DNA of 64,000 nucleotides from contig CAWBVY010000004.1 of assembly GCA_963792415.1 (NCBI GenBank), positions 128,001 through 192,000 on the forward strand, read 5' to 3'. Within the stretch, counting starts at the first letter, position 1. Each line of letters begins with the position of its first letter. The notes beneath the pieces are model-generated. The model made no database searches. It was not told where the DNA came from and saw only the letters and a program-made list of their open reading frames with translations. A program made the translations under genes and the position numbers. This document shows, piece by piece, positions 9,421 to 19,818 of this stretch. The DNA is from Candidatus Deferrimicrobiaceae bacterium (lineage in GTDB: Bacteria; Desulfobacterota; Deferrimicrobia; Deferrimicrobiales; Deferrimicrobiaceae).

Positions 9421-9434
9421 TTGATCTACATCAA
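9421..9434. promoter_or_regulatory. FNR/Crp-family binding site
   Basis: Perfect TTGAT-CTAC-ATCAA palindrome about 90 nt upstream of the DUF6448-like gene. Confidence 0.8.
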
Positions 9435-9498
9435 CGCGTATCAATTTGGAGGATCGGGGGGGCTCCCGCAAGCGTCGCGGCACGTTTCCGGGTCATAT

Positions 9499-10566
9499 TC
9501 AGATCCACCGCTTCCGCCGGAAGTAGTACAGCATCCCGCCCGCAACGGCCGCCATCAGGAGCAGCAGCGCGGGGTAGCCGTACGCCCAGCCCAGCTCCGG
9601 CATGTTGTACGGCGACGCGTTCCTGTCGAAATTCATCCCGTAGACCCCCGCGATGAAGGTCAGGGGGATGAAGATGGTCGCCATGACGGTGAGCACCTTC
9701 ATGATCTCGTTCATCCGGTTCGACACCGCCGACATGTATTCGTCCACCAGCCCGGACGCCATTTCCCGAAACGTCTCCACCATGTCCATCAACTGGATCG
9801 TGTGGTCGTAGCAGTCCCGGAAGAACACCTTGGTCCCGGGGCGGATCAGGGCGTGCTCCTCGATCAGCAGCAGGTTCAACGCGTCCCGGGCGGGCCAGAC
9901 GGCGTGGCGCACCGCCATCAACTCCCGCTTCAGGCGCCGGATGGCGAGGAACGTCTCCGGCACGGGGGAGACGAGCACCCGCTCCTCCATCTCCTCCACC
10001 TCGTCGCCCAGACGCTCCAGCGTCGGGAAGAAGGCGTCGAGCACCGAGTCGCATAGCGAGTACAGGAGGTAATCGGCCCCCTCCGAACGGATCCGGCCCT
10101 TCCCCTGCCGCAGGCGCTCCCGGATCGGTTCGAACGCGTCGCCCGGGCGCTCCTGGAAGGAGACGACCACCCGGTCCGCGAGTAAAAACGCCATCTGTTC
10201 GGGAAGTTCCGGGAACCGGATCTCGGACAGCACGACCAGGAGGTGGTCGCCGTACCACTCCACCTTGGGGCGCTGCGGGACGTTCAGCACGTCCTCGAGC
10301 GCCAGGGAGTGGATCCGGAAGCGGTCGCCGATCGCCTGGACCACGGAGGGATCCGACAGGCCGCAGACGTCGAGCCACAGCACCCCTCCCTCCGGCGGGG
10401 ACAGGGAGGAGACCTCGGAGGGGGAAATCGTCCGCTCCTCGTACCGGTTCGCGTCGTACAGGAACACCGTGATCCGGACCGGCGCGTCCCCCGCCTCGGC
10501 GTGCGCAGCGAGCGTCCCGGGCTGCGTTCCCGGCAGGTGGTACCGCTTCCTCCGCTTTCTCGCCAT
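9499..10566 (-). CDS. corA: Magnesium/cobalt transporter CorA
   Basis: YGMNF signature, MPEL motif, two C-terminal TMs, QRPKVE. Confidence 0.95.
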   Translation of the reverse strand: MARKRRKRYHLPGTQPGTLAAHAEAGDAPVRITVFLYDANRYEERTISPSEVSSLSPPEGGVLWLDVCGLSDPSVVQAIGDRFRIHSLALEDVLNVPQRPKVEWYGDHLLVVLSEIRFPELPEQMAFLLADRVVVSFQERPGDAFEPIRERLRQGKGRIRSEGADYLLYSLCDSVLDAFFPTLERLGDEVEEMEERVLVSPVPETFLAIRRLKRELMAVRHAVWPARDALNLLLIEEHALIRPGTKVFFRDCYDHTIQLMDMVETFREMASGLVDEYMSAVSNRMNEIMKVLTVMATIFIPLTFIAGVYGMNFDRNASPYNMPELGWAYGYPALLLLMAAVAGGMLYYFRRKRWI

Positions 10567-10730
10567 CGGTCGCCTCCCGGGGGCCGGCATGCGATCGGAT
10601 CCGGCCCCGCTCCCATTTATACCAGACCGCCACGGGAGCACCAAGGCACGGCACCTCCTTGTCGCCCCTCCCTTCGACGTGGAATAATGGTCCGACACGA
10701 CAGGAAAGCCGCCGGGCGGAGGGAACCCCC

Positions 10731-11978
10731 ATGAAACAGCGGAACCACGGAGCGCTCGCCGCCGCGCTCGTTCTGTTCTGCCTGCTCGCCGTCGCCGTCT
10801 ACAGCTGCGCCGTCAACCCGGTCACCGGACGGTCCGAGCTCGCCATCGTCTCTTTCTCGGAGGAGGAAGAGGCGGCGCTGGGCGCGAAGGCGTTCACTCC
10901 CGCCGTCCAGCAGCAGGGCGGATTCTTCCGGGACCGGGAGCTGGAGGAGTACGTGCAGGGCGTGGGGATGCGACTGGCCCGGGTCTCCCACCGCCCGAAC
11001 CTCAACTACCGGTACCGCGTGCTCAACTCCTCCGTTCCCAACGCCTTCGCCCTCCCCGGCGGCTACATCGTCATCAACCGGGGGCTCCTCGTGGGGCTGG
11101 AAAACGAGGCCGAGATGGCGGCGGTCCTGGGCCATGAGACGGCTCACGTAACGGCGAAGCATTCGCTGGCGGGCTACCAGCGGGCGATTGCGTCAAACGT
11201 GCTCGTCGCCGGCGTCGTCCTCGCCACGGGCGGGACCACGGGGGTTCAGGAGATCTCCGGGATCACCGCGTCCCTGATCGAAAACGGATTCTCCCGGGAC
11301 CAGGAGCGCGAGGCGGACTGGCTCGGAATCGACTACATGGTCAAGGCCGGGTACAGCCCGGAAGGGGCCGTACAGCTGCAGGAATACTTCTACCGGCAGC
11401 TGGAGGGAGGGAAGAATCCGATGTGGGCCGAGGGCCTCTTCCGGACCCACCCGTTCTCGAAGGAGCGGCTCGACAACGCCCGCGCGCGGATCGCGGAACG
11501 GTACCCCGACACCGTGAAGAACCCGAACTACACCCTCAACGGGACGGTCTTCCTCCAGAAGACGGCCCGCCTGCGGGAAGCGCAGAAGGCGTACGACGTC
11601 TCCGACCAGGGGGACAAGCTGCTCAAGGCGAAGCGGTACGACGAGGCGCTGGCGAAGTACCTGGAGGCGGCGCGGATGGAGCCGGGCCAGGCGCCGTTCC
11701 ACTCCTCGGCGGGGAGTGTCTACATGATCCGGAAGAACGACACCGCCGCGGAAGGGGAGCTGCGGAAGGCGATTGAACTCGACGGGGATCTTTTCGAGCC
11801 GCGCTACCTGATGGGAGCCCTGCGCTACGGAAAGCGGGAGTACCGGGCCGCGATCCCGGAACTCGAACGGAGCATGGAGCTGTACCCGACGAAGCAGGCG
11901 GCGGCGATGCTGTCGAAGTCGTACGGGGCCGTGGGAGACGCGGTCAACGAGAAAAAGTACGCCGACATGGCCCGGTAG
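10731..11978 (+). CDS. M48-family metalloprotease lipoprotein with TPR repeats
   Basis: YSC lipobox, NAFALPGG, HETAH, FSRDQEREAD, THP; TPR-like C-terminus. Confidence 0.92.
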   Translation: MKQRNHGALAAALVLFCLLAVAVYSCAVNPVTGRSELAIVSFSEEEEAALGAKAFTPAVQQQGGFFRDRELEEYVQGVGMRLARVSHRPNLNYRYRVLNSSVPNAFALPGGYIVINRGLLVGLENEAEMAAVLGHETAHVTAKHSLAGYQRAIASNVLVAGVVLATGGTTGVQEISGITASLIENGFSRDQEREADWLGIDYMVKAGYSPEGAVQLQEYFYRQLEGGKNPMWAEGLFRTHPFSKERLDNARARIAERYPDTVKNPNYTLNGTVFLQKTARLREAQKAYDVSDQGDKLLKAKRYDEALAKYLEAARMEPGQAPFHSSAGSVYMIRKNDTAAEGELRKAIELDGDLFEPRYLMGALRYGKREYRAAIPELERSMELYPTKQAAAMLSKSYGAVGDAVNEKKYADMAR

Positions 11979-12031
11979 GGGGACCCGGTCGGATATAATG
12001 ATCCGTTTACCCCCCGTCGAAAGGACATCCT

Positions 12032-13138
12032 TTGGCCAGGGAAGAGTTCCTCCCGAAGTGGATCGCATGGGAAGTGACCGGCCGGTGCAATCTGAACTGC
12101 ATCCATTGCCGCGCCTCTTCCTCGATGACGTCCCACGACTCGGATTTTTCGCTCGCAGAGGCGAAACAGTTGATCGACGACATCGCGGAGATCTCCAAGC
12201 CGGTCCTGGTTCTCTCCGGCGGGGAGCCGCTTCTGCGGAAGGACCTCTTCGAGATCGCGAAGTACGGGACGGAGAAGGGGTTCCGGATGTGCATCGCCAC
12301 GAACGGCGTGCTCGTCACGGACGAGGTCGTGGGAAGGATGAAGGCGTCGGGGATCCGGATCTGCTCCCTGTCGCTGGACGGCTCCACCGCGGCGGTCCAC
12401 GACGACTTCCGCAAGCAGCCGGGGGCGTTCGAGGCGACGCTGCGGGCGGCGGAGATCTTCAACCGGAACGGGATGCAGTTCATCGTCAACTCCTCCTTCA
12501 CCAAGAGGAACCAGAACGACATCGCGGCCACCTGCAAGCTGGCGAAGTCGATCGGCGCCCACGCGTGGTACATGTTCATGATCGTCCCCACGGGCCGGGG
12601 GGAGGCGATCATGAGCGAGCTGATCAGCAAGGAGGATTACGAGGAGATCCTGGAGTGGCACTACCAGATGGAGAAGCAGGAGACGGAGATGCTCGTGCGG
12701 CCCACCTGCGCGCCGCACTACTACCGTGTGCGTCTGCAGAAGATGAAGGAGGAAGGGGAGAAATTCCAGCCCCGGTCCCTCACGTTCTCCACCGGCGGCG
12801 GCAAGGGGTGCATCTGCGCACAGTCGATCTGCTTCATCGACTCGAAGGGGAACGTCCAGCCGTGCTCGTATTTCCCCGTGGTGGCCGGGAACGTGAAGCA
12901 GCGGAAGTTCGGGGAGATCTGGCACAAATCGGAGCTGTTCGAGTCGCTGCGCGCCTTCGAGAAGTACAAGGGGCGGTGCGGCGAGTGCGAATACATCAAC
13001 GTCTGCGGTGGCTGCCGGGCGCGGGCCGACGCGGTCCTCGAGGACTATCTCGAGGAGGAGCCGTTCTGCAACTACGTCCCGATCAAGACCCGCAAGCGCC
13101 TGGCCGAGGCGGTCCAGGCGGGAAAACCGACGAAATAA
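12032..13138 (+). CDS. ahbD: Radical SAM/SPASM heme biosynthesis protein, AhbD-like (heme b synthase)
   Basis: [36 protein letters not shown]; operonic with hemE/hemH/hemY. Confidence 0.8.
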   Translation: MAREEFLPKWIAWEVTGRCNLNCIHCRASSSMTSHDSDFSLAEAKQLIDDIAEISKPVLVLSGGEPLLRKDLFEIAKYGTEKGFRMCIATNGVLVTDEVVGRMKASGIRICSLSLDGSTAAVHDDFRKQPGAFEATLRAAEIFNRNGMQFIVNSSFTKRNQNDIAATCKLAKSIGAHAWYMFMIVPTGRGEAIMSELISKEDYEEILEWHYQMEKQETEMLVRPTCAPHYYRVRLQKMKEEGEKFQPRSLTFSTGGGKGCICAQSICFIDSKGNVQPCSYFPVVAGNVKQRKFGEIWHKSELFESLRAFEKYKGRCGECEYINVCGGCRARADAVLEDYLEEEPFCNYVPIKTRKRLAEAVQAGKPTK

Positions 13139-13155
13139 CCGAATCCGAGGTCGAG

Positions 13156-14190
13156 ATGACGGAGTACCGATTCCTGAAGGCGTGCCGGCGCGAGCCGGTC
13201 GACGTCACCCCCGTGTGGATCATGCGGCAGGCGGGCCGCTACCTCCCCGAGTACCAGAAGATCCGCGGGAACAATTCCTTCCTGACGATGTGCAAGACCC
13301 CGGAGCTGGCCGCCCAGGTCACGCTCCAGCCGGTCGCGCGGCTGGGCGTCGACGCGGCGATCCTCTTCTCCGACATCCTCATCCCCGTCGAGGCGATGGG
13401 GGTGCCGCTCGAGTTCCACGACGGGAAGGGGCCACAGCTCGGAAAGGCGATCCGGGGACAGAAGGACGTGGATTCCCTCTCCGTGCCCGACCCCGCGGAG
13501 AAGGTTCCCTTCGTGATGGAGGCGATCCGCATCCTGCGAAAGGAGCTCGACGGGAAGGTGCCGCTGATCGGCTTCTCGGGCGCTCCGTTCACGCTCGCCT
13601 CCTATATCGTCGAGGGGGGGACCTCGAAGAACTTCATCCAGCTGAAGAAGCTGATGTACCAGGCGCCGGAGGTGTACCGGTCCCTCATGAGCAAGATCGC
13701 GAAGACGGTGATCCTGTACCTCAACGCCCAGATCGCCGCCGGCGCGCAGGCGGTTCAGATCTTCGACACGTGGGCGGGGGTGCTCACCCCGGGGGACTAC
13801 GAGGAGTACGCCCTCCCCTACACCCGCCAGGTCGTCGCCGGCTTGAACCGGAGGGGGGTCCCCGTGATCCACTTCGCGAACGACTGCGCCACGCTGCTCA
13901 CCGCCATCCGGACGCTCGCCGTGGACGTCGTGGCCGTGGACTGGCGGATCCCGCTCGACGTGGCGGCGATGGTCGTCGGTCCGGACAAGGCGCTGCAGGG
14001 GAACATGGACCCGACGATGCTCTTCCTCCCGCCGGAGAAGATCGACGATTGCGTGCGGGACATCCTGCGGCGCGGCGAGAAGGCGTCCTCCCACATCTTC
14101 AATCTCGGGCACGGGATCCTTCCTCCCACCAATCCGGAACACGCGGTCGCGATGGTGGAGGCGGTGCACCGCCTCGGAAGGAAGGTTTGA
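13156..14190 (+). CDS. hemE: Uroporphyrinogen decarboxylase
   Basis: PVWIMRQAGRYLPEY, AILFSDIL, HIFNLGHGI. Confidence 0.97.
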   Translation: MTEYRFLKACRREPVDVTPVWIMRQAGRYLPEYQKIRGNNSFLTMCKTPELAAQVTLQPVARLGVDAAILFSDILIPVEAMGVPLEFHDGKGPQLGKAIRGQKDVDSLSVPDPAEKVPFVMEAIRILRKELDGKVPLIGFSGAPFTLASYIVEGGTSKNFIQLKKLMYQAPEVYRSLMSKIAKTVILYLNAQIAAGAQAVQIFDTWAGVLTPGDYEEYALPYTRQVVAGLNRRGVPVIHFANDCATLLTAIRTLAVDVVAVDWRIPLDVAAMVVGPDKALQGNMDPTMLFLPPEKIDDCVRDILRRGEKASSHIFNLGHGILPPTNPEHAVAMVEAVHRLGRKV

Positions 14191-15185
14191 GCGGCGCGTC
14201 CGGGATAGACCCGCGTGTGTCCGCCGAGGGACCTCTCACAGGCGTCGTCCTGCTCAACATGGGAGGTCCCGACTCGCTGAACGCCGTCCGGCCCTTCCTC
14301 GCGCGGCTCTTCTCCGACAAGGAACTGATCCGGCTGCCAGCGGCGGCGATCACGCAGCCGCTCTTCGCCTGGATCGTGTCGGGTCTTCGTGCCCGGAAGG
14401 TACGCCGGTATTACGAGGAGATCGGCGGAGGGTCGCCCATCGCCACGATCACCGAACTCCAGCGGTTCGCCCTCGAGGGTGCGCTGCGCGCGACGGGGGG
14501 ACGCTTCAAGGTGTACACGGGGATGCGGTACTGGCACCCCCTCGCGAAGCACGCGGCCCTCGAAATGAAGGAGGACGCCGTCGCCCGGGCGATCGCCCTC
14601 CCCCTCTACCCGCACTTCTGCTCCGCCACCACGGGATCGAGTTTTTCCGACCTGCGCCGCTGGATGAAGTGGGCGGGGTGCTCCTGTCCGTTGACGGAGA
14701 TCCGCTCCTATCCGGATCACCCGAAGTACGTGGCCGCGCTCGCGGAGACGATTTCCGCCGTGATCCGGGGTGCCGACCGCGGCGGCATGTATCTTCTTTT
14801 CAGCGCCCACGGGGTTCCGCAGGCGCTGATCGACGGGGGGGATCCGTACCGGGAGGAGACGGCGCGCACCGTCGCGGCGGTGATGCGAGCCTTCCCCGGC
14901 CTGCCGCACGGAATCTCGTACCAGAGCAAGGTGGGTCCGACGGCGTGGCTCCCCCCCGACACGGTCGACGAGGTGACGCGACTCGCGCAGGAGGGGGTGA
15001 GGACGCTGGTCGTCGTCCCGGTGAGCTTCGTGTCGGAGCACATCGAAACGCTTCACGAGCTGGACGTGCGCCTGGCCGCCCACGCACGGCAATCCGGTAT
15101 ACAATCGTTCCTGCGGGCCCCCGCGCTGAACGACGCGCCGCTGTTCATCTCCGCGTTGAAAGACCTCGCACTGGGAGCAGTCTGA
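14187..15185 (+). CDS. hemH: Ferrochelatase
   Basis: VVLLNMGGP, LLFSAHGVP, SFVSEHIETLHELD; start uncertain (TTG overlapping the hemE stop). Confidence 0.95.
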   Translation: MSGASGIDPRVSAEGPLTGVVLLNMGGPDSLNAVRPFLARLFSDKELIRLPAAAITQPLFAWIVSGLRARKVRRYYEEIGGGSPIATITELQRFALEGALRATGGRFKVYTGMRYWHPLAKHAALEMKEDAVARAIALPLYPHFCSATTGSSFSDLRRWMKWAGCSCPLTEIRSYPDHPKYVAALAETISAVIRGADRGGMYLLFSAHGVPQALIDGGDPYREETARTVAAVMRAFPGLPHGISYQSKVGPTAWLPPDTVDEVTRLAQEGVRTLVVVPVSFVSEHIETLHELDVRLAAHARQSGIQSFLRAPALNDAPLFISALKDLALGAV

Positions 15186-16582
15186 TGCCTCGGATAGTGA
15201 TCATCGGAGCCGGCCTTTCCGGAATGGCAACGGCCCATTATCTCGTGAAGTCCCTTTCCGACGCGGGGAAGGAGGCCGAGATCCTTCTCCTGGAGGCCGA
15301 TTCGGTCCCGGGCGGGAAGATGCGCACGATCCGCCAGGACGGCTTCTCCATGGAGTGGGGGCCGAACGGCTTCCTCACGAACAAGCCGCACGGCATGGAG
15401 CTCGTGAAGGAACTCCGCATCGGAGGCCGCCTGGCCCGCTCCTCGGACCTCGCCCGCAAGCGGTTCATCCTCTCCGGCGGGAAGCTGCACCGCCTTCCCG
15501 AGACGCCGCCGGCGTTCTTCAAGTCGCGGCTGCTCTCCTTTCCCGGCCGTCTGCGGATCCTGTGGGAACCGTTCGCTTCGGGCCCGCCCACGGACGTCGA
15601 CGAGTCGCTCGGGGAGTTCGCGAGGCGGCGGCTCGGCCCCGAGGCCCTGGAGAAGCTGATCGACCCGATGGTCACCGGCATCTTCGCCGGCGACCCGGAC
15701 AAGATGTCGCTGCGCTCCTGCTTCCCCATGATTCACGACCTGGAGAGGAAGTACGGGGGGCTCGTGCGCGGGATGCTCGGCGTGCGGAAGGAGCGGGCAA
15801 AAGAGGGCGTGAAGGGAGAGATGTCCGCGGGCCCGGGCGGCGTGCTGATGTCGTTCGACCACGGGGTGCAGGCGCTGACCGACACCCTCGCCGGGGGGCT
15901 CTCGGAAGGGTTGCACCTGAACGTGGCCGTGGACCGGATCGAGCGGCGCGGAGAGGCGTACGTCCTTTCGATGTCCGCGGACGGGAGGCGGGAGGAGATG
16001 GCGGCGAACGTGGTGGTGATCGCCGCGCCGGCGTACGTGGCGGCCGGGATGGTCTCCCCGCTCGACGAGGGACTGTCGGAGCTCCTCGCCGGGATCCCCT
16101 ATTCGCCGATCACCGTGGCGGCGCTCGGATACCGGAAGGCCACGATGGGCAATCCCCTCGACGGGTTCGGCTTCCTCATCCCGCGGGGAGAGAAACGGAA
16201 GATCCTGGGAGCGCTGTGGGACTCGAGCGTCTTCCCGAACCGGGCGCCGGAGGGGAACGCGCTGCTGCGCGTGATGGTGGGGGGGGTGCGTGCGCCTGCG
16301 CTCGCGGCGCTGCCCGAGGCGGAACTGCTCGCAATCGCCCGGAAGGAGTTGCAGGAGATCCTGGGGATCTCCGCCGAGCCGGTCCTCGCAAAGACGTTCT
16401 TCCACGACCGGGGGATCCCGCAATATCTCGTCGGCCACGGGAAGCGGCTGGAGCTTCTCTTCGGGCGGCTGGCGGGACTTCCGGGCCTGCACCTCAACAG
16501 CAACGCGTACCGGGGAATCGCCCTCAACGACTGCGTCCGGGAGTCGCGCGCGACCGCCGAGCGGATCGCGAAGTCCCTATAG
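15185..16582 (+). CDS. hemY: HemY-type protoporphyrinogen/coproporphyrinogen oxidase
   Basis: IIGAGLSG FAD motif, EWGPNGF, GIPQYLVGH. Confidence 0.93.
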   Translation: MPRIVIIGAGLSGMATAHYLVKSLSDAGKEAEILLLEADSVPGGKMRTIRQDGFSMEWGPNGFLTNKPHGMELVKELRIGGRLARSSDLARKRFILSGGKLHRLPETPPAFFKSRLLSFPGRLRILWEPFASGPPTDVDESLGEFARRRLGPEALEKLIDPMVTGIFAGDPDKMSLRSCFPMIHDLERKYGGLVRGMLGVRKERAKEGVKGEMSAGPGGVLMSFDHGVQALTDTLAGGLSEGLHLNVAVDRIERRGEAYVLSMSADGRREEMAANVVVIAAPAYVAAGMVSPLDEGLSELLAGIPYSPITVAALGYRKATMGNPLDGFGFLIPRGEKRKILGALWDSSVFPNRAPEGNALLRVMVGGVRAPALAALPEAELLAIARKELQEILGISAEPVLAKTFFHDRGIPQYLVGHGKRLELLFGRLAGLPGLHLNSNAYRGIALNDCVRESRATAERIAKSL

Positions 16583-16656
16583 CCATCCTTCGCGCCTCGC
16601 GCTACGGAGGGCTCACGCCTTCCGCCGTATATTAAGTCCCATTTCGACCGGAGCCG

Positions 16657-17523
16657 TTACCTTTTCTGTGTGTCTCCCACCCCGATAAACGGCACGGCCC
16701 CGGCACCGGTAACCTGCGGGAGGATCCCGTTCCATTTCTCTATCGCCTTGAGATTGGCCTCAATCTTTCTAAGCTCAATAAGGTCCGATGAAATATTCGC
16801 TTTCTGCAGCCTCAAGGATTCAGCCTCTGCCCTGGCCGCGGTGATCGTCTGCTCCGCCTCTATCTTTATCCTGTCGAGGTCTCTCTTTGCCTTCAGTGCG
16901 AGCTGTTCCGCCGTCTGCTTCGACTCAATGGCTTCCATGAATATCTTTGAGAAGCTGAAACCCACGATGGAGAATGCATCAACGGCGATGTTGTGCTCCA
17001 ATAGCCTTTCAGTAAGAGCCAGTTTCATCGCATCGCTCACCGCCGGCCTTTTTGTAATAAGCTCTTCCGCCGTATACTTGGCGGTCACTGCCTTTACCAC
17101 CTCCTGCACCGCGGGGTCTATGATTCGCTCTTTAAATTGTATGCCGATGGACTGATAGACGATATTCGCCTTCTCCGGAATTATATGATAGTTGATCGCA
17201 ACCGTAGAGCTGACATCCTGAAGGTCGGACGAGGCGGCCGCAGCATCTACCTGTGCCTTCTGCACCTTGACGTCCACAGGGATAACTTTCTGCATTATCG
17301 GTATCCTGATATGCAACCCTTCATCGAGCACGTCCTTCTGGACAGCGCCAAAATTAAGGACGATCCCTCTCTCACCTGCCCCGATCTGAACCCAGGGATT
17401 CAATAATAGAAACGCTATTACGATTGCCACAATAACCAGCAGCGACCTCTTCGGGCCTCTCGTCATTGCAGCCTTCATCGCATCCCTGGCACTGCTGAGA
17501 TCTCTTGGGTCCATTATTTTCAC
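16657..17523 (-). CDS. Prohibitin/SPFH-domain protein
   Basis: N-terminal TM, SPFH domain, AIESKQTAEQ coiled coil, IEKWNGILP. Confidence 0.92.
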   Translation of the reverse strand: MKIMDPRDLSSARDAMKAAMTRGPKRSLLVIVAIVIAFLLLNPWVQIGAGERGIVLNFGAVQKDVLDEGLHIRIPIMQKVIPVDVKVQKAQVDAAAASSDLQDVSSTVAINYHIIPEKANIVYQSIGIQFKERIIDPAVQEVVKAVTAKYTAEELITKRPAVSDAMKLALTERLLEHNIAVDAFSIVGFSFSKIFMEAIESKQTAEQLALKAKRDLDRIKIEAEQTITAARAEAESLRLQKANISSDLIELRKIEANLKAIEKWNGILPQVTGAGAVPFIGVGDTQKR

Positions 17524-17796
17524 TCCCTTCTTGTCTTTTTTTCACTGCTCGGACAGGCATCACCGGCACAACGTGAATGATGGAGTGCATCCCCGCCAGC
17601 GCGGAAGGCTATAGAAAGAAAGTGGGTATTGGTGCTGAAGTCGGACGCGCCTTCGTTGTGCTGTGTGAACGGTGACCAACGAGGCGATGCTACCATAACC
17701 GGCCCGTGCTGTCCAACGGGTCCTCTGCTATCCTGTTGGGGCCGGAACGGCGCCGTCGCATTCCAGGGGCGCAACGGTTTCCGGCAGGGGGGTACC

Positions 17797-19053
17797 GTGG
17801 GGCACATCCGCAACGGGAACGGGGTGTACGTACGGCTGCAGAAGCGGCTGGACCGGTTCCCCATCGGCGCGCCGCCGGCCGCGGCGCTCTACGAGATCCT
17901 GAAACGCCTCTACACCGAGGAGGAGGCGGAGGTCGCCTCCCGGATGCCGATCCGGTTCACGGACCTGGCCGGCATCGCCCGGCGCACGGGGAAATCGCCT
18001 GAAGCCTTGCGCCCGATCCTCCACCGGATGGCGGACAAGGGGCTGGTGATGGACTTCGAGCACCGGGGGAAGTTCTCCTACATCCTCTCCCCCACCGTCA
18101 TCGGCTTCTTCGAGTTCGCCTTCATGCGGGTTCGAAGCGATTTGCCGCAGAAGGAGATCGCGGAGCACATGGTGAGGTACGCCCACGACGAGCCCGACTT
18201 CGCACGCGCCGTCTTCGCGGGAAAAACGCAGGTGGGGCGGACGCTCATCCACGAAGACGCGGTCGACCCGGCGGACCTGACGCAGATCCTCGACCACGAA
18301 CGGGCGACCCACATCGTGAGGGAGGCGAAAGCCTGGGCGGTATCCCTCTGCTACTGCCGCCACATCCAGGAGCACGAGGGGAAGGCGTGCGCGAAGCCGA
18401 TGGAGGTGTGCACCACGTTGAACTCCGCGGCGGACTACGTGGTCCGGCACGGGCTGGGGCGCAGGATATCGAAGGAGGAGGCGCTGGACGTCTTCGCCCG
18501 GACCCGGGCGGAGGGGCTCGTCCACATCGGGGACAACGTGAAGCGCCGTCCGGCGTACGTCTGCCACTGCTGCGGATGCTGCTGCGCCATGCTCTCCGCG
18601 ATCAACCGCTTCAAGATGTTCGACGCGGTCGTCACCTCGCCCTTCGAGGCGACGGTGGATCCGGAAAAATGCAACGGGTGCGGGCTGTGTGCGAAGAAGT
18701 GCCCCGTGTCGGCCATCCGGATCGAGGGAGAGGGAAAAGAGAAGAAGGCGGCCCTGTCCCCCGAGGTGTGCCTTGGCTGCGGGGTCTGCAAGCCGGCATG
18801 CGCGCGGGGTTCGCTCTCGATGGCGGCTCGGAAGGAACGGGTGATGGTACCGGAGACCGCCTGGCAGCGCGCGGTGGTGATGGCGATCGAGCGGGGGAAG
18901 TTCCAGAACCTCCTGTTCGACGACTTCGACCGGCTCGACCACGCCGCCCTGCGCGCGGTGACGCGGATCGTCGTCGGCCTCCCCCCGGTACAGAAAGCGC
19001 TGCTGTCGCAGCAGGTGCAGTCGCGCTTCTTCCGGGCGATCGCGGGGCGATGA
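17797..19053 (+). CDS. 4Fe-4S dicluster domain protein with N-terminal HTH-like region
   Basis: CYCRH, CHCCGCCC, CNGCGLCAKKCP, CLGCGVCKPAC; GTG start after GGGGGG. Confidence 0.88.
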   Translation: MGHIRNGNGVYVRLQKRLDRFPIGAPPAAALYEILKRLYTEEEAEVASRMPIRFTDLAGIARRTGKSPEALRPILHRMADKGLVMDFEHRGKFSYILSPTVIGFFEFAFMRVRSDLPQKEIAEHMVRYAHDEPDFARAVFAGKTQVGRTLIHEDAVDPADLTQILDHERATHIVREAKAWAVSLCYCRHIQEHEGKACAKPMEVCTTLNSAADYVVRHGLGRRISKEEALDVFARTRAEGLVHIGDNVKRRPAYVCHCCGCCCAMLSAINRFKMFDAVVTSPFEATVDPEKCNGCGLCAKKCPVSAIRIEGEGKEKKAALSPEVCLGCGVCKPACARGSLSMAARKERVMVPETAWQRAVVMAIERGKFQNLLFDDFDRLDHAALRAVTRIVVGLPPVQKALLSQQVQSRFFRAIAGR

Positions 19054-19102
19054 AGAGGCACCGCCGGAGGGCTCGATCTTTCAGGAAGAACCAGGAGGAA
19101 CG

Positions 19103-19807
19103 ATGAAGATGGACGAGTTCGGCGGCGGTGAAACGTGGCGCGTCTTCCGGATCATGAGCGAATTCGTGGACGGGTTCGAGACGCTCAAGGACCTGGGCCC
19201 GGCCGTCACGATCTTCGGCAGCGCCCGGACGAAGAGGGACGAAGGGTCGTACAAGACCACCGTCAAAGTCTCGGAAATGCTCGCGCGGCAAGGGTTCGCC
19301 GTCATCTCCGGGGGCGGCCCGGGAATCATGGAGGCGGCAAACCGGGGAGCGCGGATGGGGAAGGGCGTCTCCGTGGGACTCAACATCCAGCTCCCCGAGG
19401 AACAGAAACCGAACCGGTATCAGAACAAGTCGCTCACCTTCCGGCACTTTTTCGCCCGCAAGGTGATGTTCGTGAAATACGCATCCGGGTACATCATCAT
19501 GCCGGGGGGATTCGGGACGCTGGACGAGTTCTTCGAGTCGCTGACCCTCATCCAGACGGGAAAGATCCGGCGATTCCCCGTCGTGCTGATGGGGCGGAAA
19601 TATTGGGAGGGGCTGATCCGCTGGATGGAGCAGACGCTGATCGAAGAGGGGACGATCTCCCCGGGCGACATGAACCTGTTCTACCTGACGGATCGCCCGG
19701 AAGATGCGGTGGAGCACATCGTCAAGTTCCACCGTGATTCGATCCGGCCCGCCGGGGAGCGGAGGAAGCGGAGCCCGCTGCCGTTCCCGGCGTCGCAAAA
19801 CGAATAG
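19103..19807 (+). CDS. LOG-family Rossmann-fold protein (TIGR00730-like)
   Basis: TIFGSAR, SGGGPGIMEAAN, PGGFGTLDE. Confidence 0.93.
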   Translation: MKMDEFGGGETWRVFRIMSEFVDGFETLKDLGPAVTIFGSARTKRDEGSYKTTVKVSEMLARQGFAVISGGGPGIMEAANRGARMGKGVSVGLNIQLPEEQKPNRYQNKSLTFRHFFARKVMFVKYASGYIIMPGGFGTLDEFFESLTLIQTGKIRRFPVVLMGRKYWEGLIRWMEQTLIEEGTISPGDMNLFYLTDRPEDAVEHIVKFHRDSIRPAGERRKRSPLPFPASQNE

Positions 19808-19818
19808 CGGGGGGGGAA

